DNA of 64,000 nucleotides from Octopus vulgaris (GCA_951406725.2 OX597817.1:65224001-65288000); one strand, 5' to 3'; shown: positions 27,600 through 42,690, counted from the first letter of the stretch. Notes: a model not told the origin generated them from the sequence alone. Made by a program: numbers and translations.

Positions 27600-29300
27600 T
27601 GTTGAAACACCTGTATTCTACTTACAAAATCTCCGTTGTATAGTGTTATTATTAAAACTGGTTTTACTGCCATCTTGCTTGTTTCTATTTCGAGGTTGTA
27701 ATTTGATAAATGTTAAACATCCCTTGGAGCGATGTTTTGGTCGGAAGAGATCGAGACGTCTATCAGATTGCATCGTTTCCTTTCCATCTTCGATTGTGAT
27801 ATCTGGTGTGTTCGATTTGATTTTCTTGTCAGTCTGGATTGACATGCCCCACAGAAGAGTAGCCATATCATTAAACTACATGCCGGATTTGCTGTGCGGT
27901 TTTACAATATATTTCAGTTTTTGATGAGTAAGTGTCTACATATTGCTCAATGGAAATAACTGCCTAACTGGTAATGTCTATGGTTACATTCCATCTTTAC
28001 GAAGATTGGGCATCCGGAAATGTTGTCAATTTTTTAAAGTTGATTACATAGTTGATTACATCGCACACATATGAAGTTAGCGTTCTTTGTTTTATTTTCC
28101 ATTTTGTTAGTTTGCGTGTAACTGATCTTTGTATCATTGATTTTCTGGAACTAGAACTCACATTTCTCAATTCAGTCTATAGATGGGATGGCTGCTGCGT
28201 TTATGCATAAAATTTTATTCTGACATTAGGCTCAGAGTTTCAGTATTAAATTGACTCTTCTGTAGCACTTTTTCTCTAATGTTCTCTTCCATTTGTGTAT
28301 TATGCCGTATCTGTTTAATTTACCCGTTACTACTCGTATTCGTGGTTCTGTTCTAATTTTCTGATTTCAGTTTCTAAATCTAACTCAATACTTGAGTTTT
28401 AATTATTTTGTTTCTTCATTGTCTAGTCTCCTACGCATTGTGATATCACTACTGAATATGAGGACAGTTTTGAGTAGGTTCTTAACCTGGGTGTTGTCGC
28501 TTTTGTACAGTTTTAAATCACTCATATGGAGTAGTTATTTTATACTCTGCCCATGATATTTATAAACGTTGGTGACTTGGTTCAAAAGACTTGTTGGTGG
28601 ATTAATTGTTAGACGAATAATTCTGTAAATAATTTCTTCAAAAACTTTTCATTTTAAATATTATTTTAAAAATGGTTGAGTTGACATACCATCTTAATAT
28701 TGGGGTTGTTTTTTCATGCACAGTATTTCCGTTATCAGAAATATGGTGTGCTTTCGAAGGCGTTCCAGTAAACAATCTAAGATACTTTTCTTTCAATAGC
28801 TGTTCGGTTTAGCAATAGGTCCTCGTAACATCTCTTCGTTCTTTATTTCCGATATTCTTTCATCTCCCCCGGTAAGATATTATTATCTTCTAGATGAGCA
28901 ACTTGTTTTTCAGAGACTATAAATATCAAGGCTTTATATATTGTCAGTAAACAGGTTATTGATGTATACAGTTTCGGGGATTCCTGGTGTTTTGTTTTTG
29001 ATTAACCGAATTGCTATTGTGTTCTCATCTTGTAACCGGCCGGGCGTTTATTCTATTCTCCACAATAATTTATCGAATGCTGTTACGACAGCTTCATACA
29101 TACTGTTTAAGTACTTTGACCGGAAATTGAGGAACTTTATTAATTCTAGAAGCCTTCCAGTTGTTACCGGATTGATTGTGTTGTTAAAATCCACATTAGT
29201 TATGCTGGAGCGTACTTGAGGTTTATAGATGCTTTCTTTGTTATTTCCTTTCTTCTTCATTGTATATCTTTTGCATGTTGTATACTTAGGCGCTTTATAA
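27600..29300 (-). mobile_element. Decayed R4/Dong-type LINE
   Basis: TLLWGMSIQTDKKIKSNTPDITIED (RLE region) at 27618-27866; upstream RT-like relics with many stops. Confidence 0.65.
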
Positions 29301-29458
29301 ACACTTTATACTCACTCAGTATGATGATATTTATTTTGTTGTTCGTGTATCTGTCATACGAATGTTTTGTCTGTTATAATTTGGTGTTGATTTAATCGAA
29401 TATATCCGACCTCTCCAAAATTGGTGACGCTCTGCATCATGATAGAAATAATGATGAC

Positions 29459-29540
<82 letters not shown>

Positions 29541-29542
<2 letters not shown>

Positions 29543-30294
29543 GCAAGACCAAACTTTGGCCACGAACTGGAGGGTCAACCTTAGGAATGAGCAAGTGTCT
29601 CCATTGTACCGCATCTGCAATAGAGTGGACGAAACCATTGTCCATATCACGAACGAGTGCCTAAGACTTGTCCAAAACCACTACAAGTTCTGGCGACACG
29701 ATCAGGTAGCAAGAGTGCTATATTGGAAACTGTGCGAAAAGTAGGGGCTAGAGAGAAGCAAGACGTGGTATGAACACGAACCGCAGAGAGTGGTGGAGTC
29801 GGAGACTAGCAAAATCCTCCGGGATTTGCCAATTCAAACAGATCAGATGGTAGAGCATAACAGACTGGACCTAATGGTGGTGGACAACATGCACAACATA
29901 TGCTAAATAGTTGATTTTGTATGCCCCTTTGACCCACGAGTAGTCAAGAAGGAAGGCGAAAAGATAGATAACTACAATCGTTTTAAGTACGAAATAGCCC
30001 GGCTATGGAAAATGAAGAAAGTGAATACAATGCCAATTATTGTTGGGTCATTGGGAATAGTATCGGAAAGCATCAAGGGGAATATAAAGGAAATTGGAAT
30101 AGAGTGCCCTGTAGAACTATTACAAGAGGTTTGCCTCCTTGGCACGTCCAGATTAATCAGGAAAGTATTAGATAGCTGAAAAGAATGGATAGCATGGTAC
30201 CGTAGGCTGCAGGTAGCAAGCTCGCTACGCATGTAACATTCCAGGAGCTCCAACAAAACCTGTGATAAAGAGAAATAATAATAATAATAATAAT
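29541..30294 (+). mobile_element. R4/Dong-type LINE 3' part between (TAA)n arrays
   Basis: QDQTLATN...YRICNRVDETIVHITNEC (zinc knuckle), RHDQVA, WYEHEP, HNRLDL, IVDFVCPFD, CLLGTSRLIRKVLDS*; (TAA)n tail. Confidence 0.92.
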
Positions 30295-30506
30295 CCTTTC
30301 TACTATAGGCACAAGGTCTGAAGTTTGGGGTAGGGGGATAGTCGATAACATCGACCCCAGTACTCAATTGGTACTTATTTCATCGACCCCGAAAGGATGA
30401 AAGGCAAAGTCTACCACGTCGGAATTTGAACTCAGAACGTAGCGTCAGACGAAATACTGCTAAGCACTTCGCCCGACGTGCTAACGATACTGCCAGCTCG
30501 CCACCT
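30295..30506 (-). mobile_element. SINE family A (tail type 2) inserted in the (TAA)n tail
   Basis: Full head and core; (TAA)n on both sides. Confidence 0.9.
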
Positions 30507-30534
30507 TAGAGATAATAATAATAATAATAATAAT

Positions 30535-30856
30535 ATCTTGGACAATATCTTGCACAGAGAAATGACAGACAAGGACATCACTGCATACTTGAAGTGCTTC
30601 AAACTTCTCTGGAAATCAAAACTCAACTCAGGGACCTTGTGACTACCAGCAACATATAGGCTGTTGCTGTAGTCCGTTATATTGCACCCATCCTGAGATG
30701 GACACGAGCGAAGATTGACTAACTCGATCGCACAACCCGAAAGACAATGACATTACATGGTGCTCTCCACCCTAATGTGAATGTACACAGGCTTTACGTG
30801 AAGAGGTGTAAAGATGGACGTGGGCTAATTAGCGCACGGGAGTGCATCAACAGTAA
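30535..30856 (+). mobile_element. R4/Dong-type LINE RT-thumb fragment
   Basis: KSKLNSG...AVAVVRY...LDRTTRKTMTLHGALHPNVNVHRLYVKRCKDGRGLIS. Confidence 0.85.
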
Positions 30857-31113
30857 CAAATTTTCTTCGGAAGTTTCAGGCGAATTTCTACTCCACCATC
30901 TGGTGCACCTTCATGTTCCTGAACTATTTGCAGCATTGTGTTCTTATTTTTGTTAGGATGAGGGGATTATAGATTCCTGTTGGTATACCGCACCAGTTTT
31001 GTTTTGTTTTGTTATGGGGCTTAGTTTTTCGTTTCTAGTTACATAAGTGAATGTTTTGTTGAGCGCACTGTGTGTAACATGAACTGTGTTGCTGTTGTCG
31101 TCGTTGTTGTTGC

Positions 31114-31231
<118 letters not shown>

Positions 31232-32180
31232 TACTAATTAAGAACAACTATTACAAAATTAGAAACATTATTGTTACTATTATTGTAGTTTTTGTTGATG
31301 CTATAAATATTACCGTTATATTTGTTACTATTATTAGTACGGTTGTGTCATTAGAGACAGGGTTTTTTCGATACTATGATAGTGCCAGTATTGCGATTCT
31401 AGCAATATCTGATAAATTCCTCTCCGGCCTTCCTTTAAATGTGGTTAGGCATCTTGATGTAAAAGAAGAGTTCCTCCTTGCTCTATTATATATTAGTACA
31501 TTGCAAGTGAAAGGAAGTCATCTCTAGCACCAGACAATTTTGGAAAATATAGATGATGAAGTAGGCGGTAGTCAAGAGCGCTTACAGAAATATCTTTTAA
31601 AAATAGACTGTAAAAACAGAACTGGAAAGAACAAGAAGATTTGGAGCCTAACGAGTGAGTTACAAGGAAAAGGAGGCGTAGGTGGCGGATGGAAAGGGTT
31701 GAGAAGGAAGAGGAGAAGAAAGGAGTAGGGGATTTAAGTATTGTACTATTATGAAGCTTAAAAGGAGCAGAGACCAATGTAGTAGTAGTGTTACAAACAG
31801 ATGATCTCAGTTCAGTAGCGATGACCCATTGGTTAAGTTTTTATTTACAAGGTGAAAGACTATTTTTAGATATAGAGCAGAAATTTTTTTTTTTAGTATT
31901 TGCGTTGTTGGAGATAAGCAATTAATTATTCATTATACGATTAATATTGTATCAAAAAGCTGTCAAGAGGGAAGAAACGTTAGTCCCACTATACAGTATT
32001 ACAGATGTATAGAAATACATATAAGTGCATCTATGTATATATGTATTTATGCTTATATGTTTGGGTATATATATGTGTATGTATTTAGGCATGCATGTTT
32101 GGGTGCATTTATGTGTATGATTGTTTCCTTTTATTGTGTGCATGCCGTGGGCATGTATGCATCAATTCATGAAGGCAGCA

Positions 32181-32232
<52 letters not shown>

Positions 32233-33204
32233 TAGAAGTGTGTGCATGTGCGCGCGCGCGTGAATGTTTGCCTGAGCCCAAACTGAAACCTAACACTAAC
32301 CGCTCATCTAATAATCTAATCCCTGCCTTTCGGCCCCAGAAATGTCTCCACTTTCACAAGTTATTTGTGCAGCCCTTCATAGTATTCTAAACGTATTATA
32401 TTGTATTACAATTCCTCTTTCTTTCTTCGTCTCTCTCTTCCTCTACACACATATATAAGGTAATGTGAAATTGAGATACATATAAAGACTCATATATGTA
32501 TACAGCTACTTATGTTTGTTTGCGTGTATATGTGTGCGAGTGTGCATGTATGCGCACGTGTGTAACTATATCTGGTAACCAGAATTACGAACCCATAACT
32601 GAAAGTTACATGTAGTCAACCTTCTTTGGCAAACTGTACCACACCAGCACAACAGTTTATGCCATCATCGTCATCAGCAGACTTCCACATCACTTTCAAA
32701 ACACATTTGGAAATTGAGAGACATGCATCGTATGGCCAGTATTGGATAAAACGCAAGCATTTAAGTATAAATCAAATCCATGTACCCCCACTGCCCCAGC
32801 TATCCTATCACAATTTTAAAGATAATTTATGATCTAATTTTGACTTATAACATAACCTCTTCATTGAGGATTTAAAAGAAGACCTCTGATACATGACAAA
32901 TGACTGCTGCTGATGTACATAACTTACATTGCCTAAGTTATTACATTCAAATTTGCTAATGTGTACTGTCAACCGTGTACGTTATGAATTGACATTGACC
33001 GCATTTTCTGGTTGGAGAGAGGCTTCTTCACCGATTCTCGTAATGTAGTTTGTAGTTTGTAACACAATAGTTGGAAACCAAGAAGAGACTACTGGTATCA
33101 ATAATGCTCAGTCAAGAATGTGTTCGTGTTATTATTTTGGTTAATGAGTACTTCCAATGTTTAATCTTTTTTTTTCAGTTTGGTAAATATATTCAACCTC
33201 TCTC

Positions 33205-33402
33205 TTGGAGTGGCTGTGTGGTAAGTAGCTTGCTTACCAACCACATCGTCCCGGGTTCAGTCTCACTGCGTGGCACCTTGGGCAAGTGCATAAGTTCTGG
33301 GATAACAAAGAATAAGTCCTGGGGTCGATTTGATCGACTAAAGGTGGTGCTTCAGCATGTCTGCAGTCAAAATGACTGAAACAAGTAAAAGACTAAAAGA
33401 AT
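33205..33402 (+). mobile_element. SINE family B with internal deletion
   Basis: Head through CCTTGGGCAAGTG joined almost directly to the tail AAAGAATAAGTCCTGGGGTCG...GAAACAAGTAAAAG. Confidence 0.85.
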
Positions 33403-33426
33403 ACACATACTCACACACACACACAC

Positions 33427-33483
<57 letters not shown>

Positions 33484-33629
33484 CATACACACATATCTAC
33501 AGGTTTATCTATATATATATATATAGTTGAATTTACAAAAACAAAAAAAAAAAACAAAAACAAAAGACGAAGACAGATGTGTAAACAACAAACAAATGTA
33601 TTAGTTTAACGCTCGGAAAGTGAGAAAGT

Positions 33630-33665
33630 CTTTTACGTTTCGAGCCTACACTCTTCAACAGAAAG
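33630..33665 (-). ncRNA. Minimal hammerhead motif (CUGUUGA core) in a PLE terminus spanning about 33524-33666
   Basis: Minus strand CTTT-CTGTTGA-A-GAGT-GTAG-GCTC-GAAAC-GTA-AAAG; downstream tail homologous to 62480-62575. Confidence 0.65.
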
Positions 33666-36134
33666 GAACTTAATTCTCTGAGAGAGTCAATGGGACTGTA
33701 CAACAAAGGCTGGTTCTTTGAATTACGGGTACAATCCGTCCTTTGGATTTCTAATGTCATTCTGTTCTTTTTCACTCATAAGACATGGATCGATCCGATA
33801 CTATAGTAAAAAGAAACCTGTCCAGTATGCTATGCAATAGGATCGAACGTGGAACGTGATTACAAAGGAAACTTCTTAACAATTCACCCATTCGTGCATC
33901 AATGGCATATCAAAGACTACATTGTTCAACGTGGTCTTCTAAGACATTAAGGCGTGATTTGAGTAAAATTTTACTGCTTTTTTGTTTTCACCAAGTTCAG
34001 CGACAACGTAGAAACTTCTTCGTTGGTGTTGCGGAATTATTTCCTTACCCATCCATGTAGATTTTGCTGACATATTTAGGTCAGTTTTTGTTGACGATCA
34101 TTGTGAAAACATCTATACTGTAGCGTCATCCTTTTTCTTATATATGGGTTTTTAATACAAGCACAAGGGGAGCATTTAACTGGTGCTTCATTCCATCGAC
34201 TATGGAAAAATAAAAACGTAAAGTTAACATCTGTGTGATTCTGAACTCAAACCGTAAGGGTATATAACTATCCACTACGAAATATTTTGACCGATGCTCT
34301 ACCGATGATTCTTCCACTACTATTCAGATTTGCCTTATATTGGGGGTCAAATTTTGTCACAAGGTCAGCAATTTCAGGAGTGGGGGAAGTCGATTACATT
34401 TACACCAGTACTCAACTGGTACTTATTTTTACCCACCCCGGCTCTGCGTTAATATTGAAAACATATATAGTTTCCATATAAAAGAATGAGAATAGATCTG
34501 TACACATGAATTTCGAAGAAGCTAGCTTATGGAAAGTGAAGATTGGTAGTAAAGAAGAACCTTGACAGACACAATACAAGAAGTAAGTACTTTACGTTGT
34601 TCAGTAGTTATTGTTTGATATTTTTAAGATAATGTGGGAAATAGTGTCGAGTACTTTACCGACATACATACTATAGTTACGACGAAGATACGAGAGTGGT
34701 TGTGCTTCCTGTAAAAATCTGTTATATGTTGAGTGGAAGCTATGAAATAGCGCGTGGGGGTCTAAGAGTAAAAAGTCAGAAGTGTTGTTAAGAACTGGGA
34801 AGTAGGGTTGGTTATGAGACTTGGTTATGTCAAGAATAAGTTTTGTACGCAGTATTTAGTATATAGTTCAGTGAACATATATAGAAATACACTTAAATGT
34901 AAACGGCATATTTTTAAGATAGCAAAAAGGAAAAAAAAAAGTGCGTGTGTGCGTGTGTGTGTGGGTGGAAACATACATCGAGTAAGCAAAACGCTGTCTT
35001 GAAATAAACCCTTGTCTTTATACAAAACAAATTCTCTCCAGCTGATCATTAGACTTTCATATAACAAATCACCAGTTTGTTATCCGCTATTCACTCCTGT
35101 CACAAAATAAGCACAGATGTTTTCAACTAACGGTTTTAAGGAATGTTCTTTAGTATTATTTCTTCTAGTTCATATCTTATTTTCTTTTCTTTCATTTTAC
35201 TTTCTTATTTTAATTTTTTCTTCTAAAAGCTTTTACATCAAGTCCCTTTTACATCATTGCTTATTAATAAAATCGCGAGCGTGTAGTTTCTTTCCCTGTG
35301 TGTGTATGTGTTTGCGTGTATGTGTGTGTTTGCACCTGTGAAAGTATATATGTTTGCGAATGGCTTGGTGAACCACTGTCTTTAAAACGAGGAAAATGTA
35401 CTCAATACAAAAAGTAGAGTATGTATATTTGAATTAAAACTGAAGTGTCATGAATTGTAACTCCGAGTTAACTATCAATTGTTCAACTATTTGCGTAATC
35501 GACAACGTGGAAGTAAGAGCTACAATTTAAGAAGCTCCCACTTTAATTAATTTACATACATAGCCTCAAACACATATGTATTATGTGAGTATGTGTGTGT
35601 GTATGTGCGTGCACGTGTATTTGTGAGTATACGAGCAGTGAATTAGGCAGTGAAACCTAGGTTTCAGTGTTCGTAGTATTTGTTTTAATCCTCTGAGATA
35701 AAATCCCACCGATATCAACTTTGCTTCCCCACCCGCTTCAAGGTCGTGTAAAAAGTTTCAATCTAAGTCAGTAGACTGTCAAGACTGTAAGAATGTGGAA
35801 GCGGATACCTCGAGGTATTTGTTGATTCTCTGCTTTCGAAATCAAATTCCGCCTAGGTTTTTTAAAAGAAGCGTCACCAATCCACAGGCCATCGTGGGGA
35901 GTAAAGCAAATCCTCGAAATAAAGTCTATCACCAATAGACAAGAAAGGTCAGTATTGATAATAGTCAAATTTATTTTGGCATCAGACATGAATGGGGCAA
36001 GTTTCAACTAAAAACTTATTAAATCAAGACTGGTTGGTTCAAAAAACCATTAAGTGAAACCCGAAGACTTAGTCCAGACTAATTCTATAAAAATACTATC
36101 ATACACATTCCTTCTTTTATTCTTTTACTGGTTT

Positions 36135-36500
36135 CTTGAGTTCAAATTCCGCCGAGGTCGACTTTGCCTTTCATCCCTTCGGAGTCGATTAATTAAGTAC
36201 CTGTTGCGTAGTGGGGTCGATTTAATCGACTGGCCCCCTCCCTAGAGTAGAAAAGATTCTTATACTGGTTTCTGTCGAGCTATCCTGGCATGGCAGTTTA
36301 ATATTCTTTTCTACTTACTCTAGGCATAAGGCACGAAATTTTTGGGAAGGGAGCCACTCGATTAGACCAATCCCAGTATGTAACCAGTACTTAATTTATC
36401 GACCCCGAAAGGATGAAAGGCAAAGTCGACCTCAGCGGAATTTGAACTCAGAACGTAAAGACAGACGCCCGGCGTGCTAACGTTTCTGCCAGCTCGCGTC
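36135..36500. mobile_element. Two family A SINEs tail to tail (+ 36135-36260, - 36305-36500)
   Basis: Core sequence present in both orientations. Confidence 0.85.
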
Positions 36501-37095
36501 TTGATGGAGATTTCATATTACATTTCGACCTGCTAACTTTTATCGGATTCTTTCTGCTCTACAATAATTATTGAGTAATCCTGAAATTTGATGTAAAATT
36601 CTTTTTATTATAAATTATACATAAAAACAAACATTACGCATTTATATATATACACATATTCTTCCACACATTCACGCGCGCACTCTCTCACACACACACT
36701 CACACACACAACACACACACGCACACACACATATGTATGAATATAATGTAATGTAAACTCCATTAACCCGGGCATTAATTCCATTGTATTTCTTGTGTGT
36801 GTTTCTGTCTATGGAGACAGCCAGACGTCATTTCAACGCTTTCAATATCCAACTGTAAGCTACAAGATATTCATTAAAGAGTGTATTCTTTAAAATATCA
36901 CAATCTAGCGATGTCTGAACAACTTGTTTTAATTAACAGTATATCAACAAACATGTTCATTACAACTTGATATTGTTTCACAGATTTCATTAAAAGCATT
37001 GCGGACTCTCTGTATTTATGAATGAGTTTGCGTGCGTGTGTGTGAGTGTGTGAGTGTGTGTATGTGTGTATGTGTGTGTATGTGTGTGTATATGA

Positions 37096-37126
<31 letters not shown>

Positions 37127-37748
37127 AGTGTGTGTGTGTGTGTGTGTGTGCTTTATGAGCTTGAGTACTTCTGCATCTATTGAAACAAATACTTCTGCAG
37201 GTAGTATGTGTGTTTCTCTGCCTCTATATGTTTGTATATGTTCGTATCTGTGCAATTCTATGAGTGTGTATGTGTGTGTGTGTGTGTGTGTGTATGTGTG
37301 TGTGTGTGTGTGTTTTTTTTGTGTGTGTGTTTGTGTGTATATGTGAGCATGACAGTGCATTTCTCCATGTAATTAGGTCTTTTTTACCGCTTTGGTGCAA
37401 TGGCTAGCAGACAGCATTCGAAACCTGCGGGCGATGGCACAACACACACATACACACAAGCACTCCACACACACACGCACACAGGTATGTGTGAGTATGT
37501 GATTTCTTAAGTTAGTTAGATTCATGTTTCAACAGATTTGTTTAGAAAGGAAGACTGAAAGGAAAAGAGATAGAAAAAAAAATGGAAAAAAGATCAAGGG
37601 GAGTGAAATGAAAGAGGAAAAAATAAGACGGAACAGAAGGAAGCAAAGAAGTAAAACAACAAGAAAAAACAATATTTACAAGGAAACAATGGGCGAAGTG
37701 TATAAAGTGTAAAAGTTACTGAAAATATAACGATTGCGGGCCAGAGGA

Positions 37749-37965
37749 AGGCGGCGAGCTGGCAGAATCGTTAGCACGCTGGACCAAATGCTTAGCAGTA
37801 TTTCGCCCGTCGCTACGCTCTGAGTTCAAATTCCGTCGAGGTGGACTTTGCCTTTTATCCGTTCGGGGTCTATAAATTAAGTACCAGTTGCATACTGAAG
37901 TCGATATAATCGACTGGCCCCTTCCCTTCAAATTTCAAGCCTTGTGCCTATAGTAAAAAGGATTG
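37749..37965 (+). mobile_element. SINE family A (tail type 2)
   Basis: GGCGGCGAGCTGGCAGAATCG...AAATTTCAAGCCTTGTGCCTATAGTAAAAAGGATT. Confidence 0.9.
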
Positions 37966-38209
37966 TGGAATAGAGGTGTGTGGGTGGGTGGAGTTAACAA
38001 AAATTCTTGAATTAGACAAATGTAATAAAATTGGAGAAAAGTAATATAGTTAATAAAGTTAAAACGAGCGAAAGTTTAAGGTGTAAAGAAAATAAAGATG
38101 TTGGGAGAAAAGTACCTGGAATATATTAGATTAAACTATATGACGAACTTGGAAAAGAATCAATAATAACCGTATTGTTATTATTGTTAATATCAATAGT
38201 GGTAAAGTC

Positions 38210-38386
38210 ATAGCGAGATTTCGTCCGTCTTTACATTCTTAGTTCAAATTCCACCCAAGTCGACTTTGCCTTTCATCCTTTCGGAGTCGATAAAATAAGT
38301 ACCAGTCGAACACAGGTCAATTTAATCGACTTAGACCCTCCCACAAAATTGCTGGCCTCGTGTCAAACTTTGAAACTAATATTACC

Positions 38387-38429
<43 letters not shown>

Positions 38430-38657
38430 ATAATAATCATGGTTTCAAATTTTGCCACAAGGGCAGCAAATTTGGGGGAGGGGATGAGTCGATTATATCG
38501 ACACCAGTGTTCAACTGGTACTTATTTTATCGACCCCGAAAGGATGAAAGGCAAAGTCGACCTCGGCGGAAATTGAACTCAGAACGTGATGACAGACGAA
38601 ATACCGGCGTGCTTATCTATCTATTTATCTATCTATCTAAATTCTGCCAGCTCGCTG
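38210..38657. mobile_element. Two family A SINEs tail to tail around (GTA)n (+ 38210-38380, - 38440-38657)
   Basis: Core present in both orientations; tail type 3. Confidence 0.85.
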
Positions 38658-38664
38658 TCTTATG

Positions 38665-38713
<49 letters not shown>

Positions 38714-38744
38714 CGATGATGACAATGATGATGATATATTTGCC

Positions 38745-39355
38745 ACAGGGTCGTCTGAGGAGTGGAACAGTTTAAATTTATACTGGGCGTCCCTTAAAGG
38801 GCAAGGGAAAAAGATGGAAGAAGAAAGATGGGATAACATGTACGTCTATAAAGTATTTGAACACCAGGATACAGGGGAACCTCCAACTAGGGTCAACTAA
38901 GAAACTCCACCAAGAGCATGAACTCTGACCCAAATGTTGTTTTCCAATCTACAGACACATGCTTATATAGTTCCACTTACCCTGACATATTTTGTTTACG
39001 TTTTAACAAATTCACAGGTGGGGTTGGGGAACTTCCTTGTCCACCCTCACTTTCCTTTTCCCGTTGAACTTGAAAAAATCAAGGAGAAGCAAGACCAAAG
39101 AGGAAAGCATCTGTTCTCAGTCCTTTCAGACTCGCCTACAACACAGTCTCTTTCGCCAGTGCTATCAGACAGAGCAACATTACTTGCTTTGCTTTGTTAG
39201 AGGTGGGCGGTGAGGCTAGCCGAAGCCAGATTCATCTTGCACGTGACAACAGCTGTTCAGCAAATTCGGATACAACGTTAATATATGCAGTGCAGTTTTC
39301 GTCGCTCTGCTCACATCTGAGACAGTCCCGCCTGGCTGTATTTCCATGTCTCTGT
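38745..39355 (-). mobile_element. L1-Tx1-like LINE 3' end
   Basis: Minus strand RDCLRCEQSDE (zinc knuckle), LCLIALAKETV, FFKF..KRKVRV; shares GGAAAGTGAGGG with the copy at 51187-51753. Confidence 0.55.
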
Positions 39356-39750
39356 GATGTGTTGATAATGATGACGATGATGAGGATTATGATGACGATG
39401 ACGACGATGATGATGAATATGATGATGATAACTAATAATAATACTTTATTGCTCACAAAGACCGCAAAATGCTTTCTGATTTAGACATGAGGCCAGCAGT
39501 TTTGTGGGAAGAGGCTCAATCGATCTATATACTAGATTAGTGCATTGTTTTATCGATGGGAGGGATGAAAAAGAAATTCGACTCCGGCCGGATTGACTGC
39601 ATTTCATTGCCCTGGGATCGATATAATTACAACATTAAGCTTTTAACATAGTTACCATCCCAAATTTTAAAGATTGTCTGGGGTATTGCATTTACGATAG
39701 CTGGTGTAACACACACACACAAACACAAACACACATACGCACACACATGC

Positions 39751-39794
<44 letters not shown>

Positions 39795-40082
39795 GCAGAG
39801 AGACATTTGAGAATGTATATACAATATGATATAACAATAAGAAAGCATTTCTTTGATGCAAGTCTGATGAAAGTACCACTCCAAAATAGTCAGCTACAAA
39901 TAATGCGTAACTTTTACAAACGAAATGGTACCGAAACAATTGTAATTCTGGTTTCAAATTTTGAAATTTAAAGAAGAAATGTCAGTAAGCATTTTGTCCG
40001 AAACAATAAATGAAGTGAAACTATGAAATGCACTCTCTGTCTGTATGTCTGTCTGCCTGTCTACCTCTGCCTCTGTCCCCAC

Positions 40083-40170
<88 letters not shown>

Positions 40171-40375
40171 TATATACACACACATACACACACGCGCGCA
40201 CACACACACACTCACACACACACACACATATATATATATACATATATATACATATATATATACATATACATACATATATATACATACACATAAACATATA
40301 TATATATACATACACATATAGACATATATATATATACATATATATATGTATATATTTTATATATATACATACACA

Positions 40376-40443
<68 letters not shown>

Positions 40444-40740
40444 TGTGTATATATATATATGCACACACCTATATTTGTATGGGTGATTGATGCATTGTGT
40501 GATATTTGATTAGATTAAAACTTGAGGCCGAAACACTGCAAAGAAAGAAATGTAGAAATGCAAGCAGAACTACTATGTATTTTTCGATATTTCTTTTATC
40601 ACCTCACCGTATCCCGATGCCAAGAGGGTTCTAATCTCGAGATATCGAAGAAATACTAGGTAAAACTTCAACTGTTGTTCTCTTTTCCCTTTTATAGTCC
40701 TTTCATTTCTGTTAACAAGTTTTGATTTAACACACACACA

Positions 40741-40826
<86 letters not shown>

Positions 40827-40831
40827 AACAC

Positions 40832-40872
<41 letters not shown>

Positions 40873-41558
40873 TTCATCTAAGAATCTGTAAGTCAGGAAA
40901 AATAGTATACGTTCATATTTTTGTCAATTCAGTAGGCATAGTAATCAAAGGACATGTATTATAGATCCATTTCAGCCAGTCTTACTAATCAGTTTCACAC
41001 TGTGTATTTTATAACTATATATTAGATAACCCGGTGGTTAACTAAGCATTCTCTGAGAGCACTTGCTGTTTGTTAACCGCCCTATTATCTAATATCCGGT
41101 TACCTTATTCCCGGCGCAAAACCGATTGATAAGATCGATGGAAAAGGATCTATAATACTGCATTCTTTGATTAGTACATACATACAAACGTTTATATACA
41201 TACATTTATGTATACTTATATATATATATATATATATATATATCGTCAGACTTTTGTGTGTATGTTTACATACATATACAGAATAGGAGAGGGCATGTGG
41301 GATGGAGAGTCACTGAAGAGGTCACAGTTGTGAAACGAAAGATTTCCTGACAATGGTCATAGAATAAGAACAATAATAAGTAAGTGAAGAATGGATATAT
41401 TGTGCGTGTCTTTGGCAAATGCAAAAATGGCCGTTCCGAAATATAACAATCTATATACATACATACATACATATATATATAACATGGTGAACCAGGTCAG
41501 TTTAATCTACCCTACTACTAAAATGTAAACTTTTTTTAACTTATAATATTATATATAT

Positions 41559-41692
<134 letters not shown>

Positions 41693-42067
41693 TACAATAC
41701 CAATATCCCACTGAACTTTTTAATAATTCCTTCTGGAAACTATCTTTAACGTTCTCTTGAGAATGTATATATATGTTGTAATATTTTGTGCCCAATATTT
41801 TAATGAACTTGTTAAACTTTTTTATATTTTCCCAAGATTTTCCCTTATAAACTGTTCTTAACATGTTCTTGTTATCAAAGCATGTATATATGTATTGTAG
41901 TATTTTGTGACAACCAGTAACTAACACAACCAAGCTTTTACATGTTACTTTTGACAATCTTTTTCTAAAAAAGTAAAACCGGTAAAGTAAACATCTTTTA
42001 AAATTGCCTTTTCAAACCTTCTTTCATATATAATTCCACTCGTGCGGTACCTTACAACTCCACTTTG

Positions 42068-42106
<39 letters not shown>

Positions 42107-42547
42107 TACTGTTAAAAATGTTGGGTGTGCGTGCGTACCGTTACTTAATAAATGAAAAAAATGCATTGTAAATAAACAACGACAGGTAAAAAAACTCATA
42201 CGTATATATATATTTGGTAGATTTTTTAATCACCAGAAAGTTACAAAAGTGAGTCAACGACAAAAGTTTCGATGCAATTAACTTGTTTGAAAACTTCAGA
42301 GGAGATCGTAAGAGATTTCTCGGTTCCCACATTAATTTTGTTTGACCCTTAACAATGGCCAGTATTTGTAATGACGAATCATACAGTGTAAATCATCATA
42401 GTATATAAATCATCACTTATAATTTCTTTTATGTTTTCGAGATGTTTCCTCTTAAACATTTTAAAGTGCGTTCTTTCAAACTCAGTCCGTTTGTGTCACT
42501 TTTGTAATTTTAGATATATACACGTACTCCCTTATATATATATGAAA

Positions 42548-42690
42548 ATGCGTGGCCTGCTAGTTAGGCTGTCGCACTCACAATCACTTGATCGTGAGTT
42601 CAATTCCCGCCGGACTCGATTGCCAAACCGGGCGGCACGTTGTTTACTTGAGCAAAACACATAATTTCACACTGTTCCAATCCACCTTTA
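42548..42690 (+). mobile_element. tRNA-derived SINE head (family C/D-like)
   Basis: GCGTGGCCTGCTAGTTAGG...GAGTTCAATTCCC...CTTGAGCAAAACAC. Confidence 0.55.
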
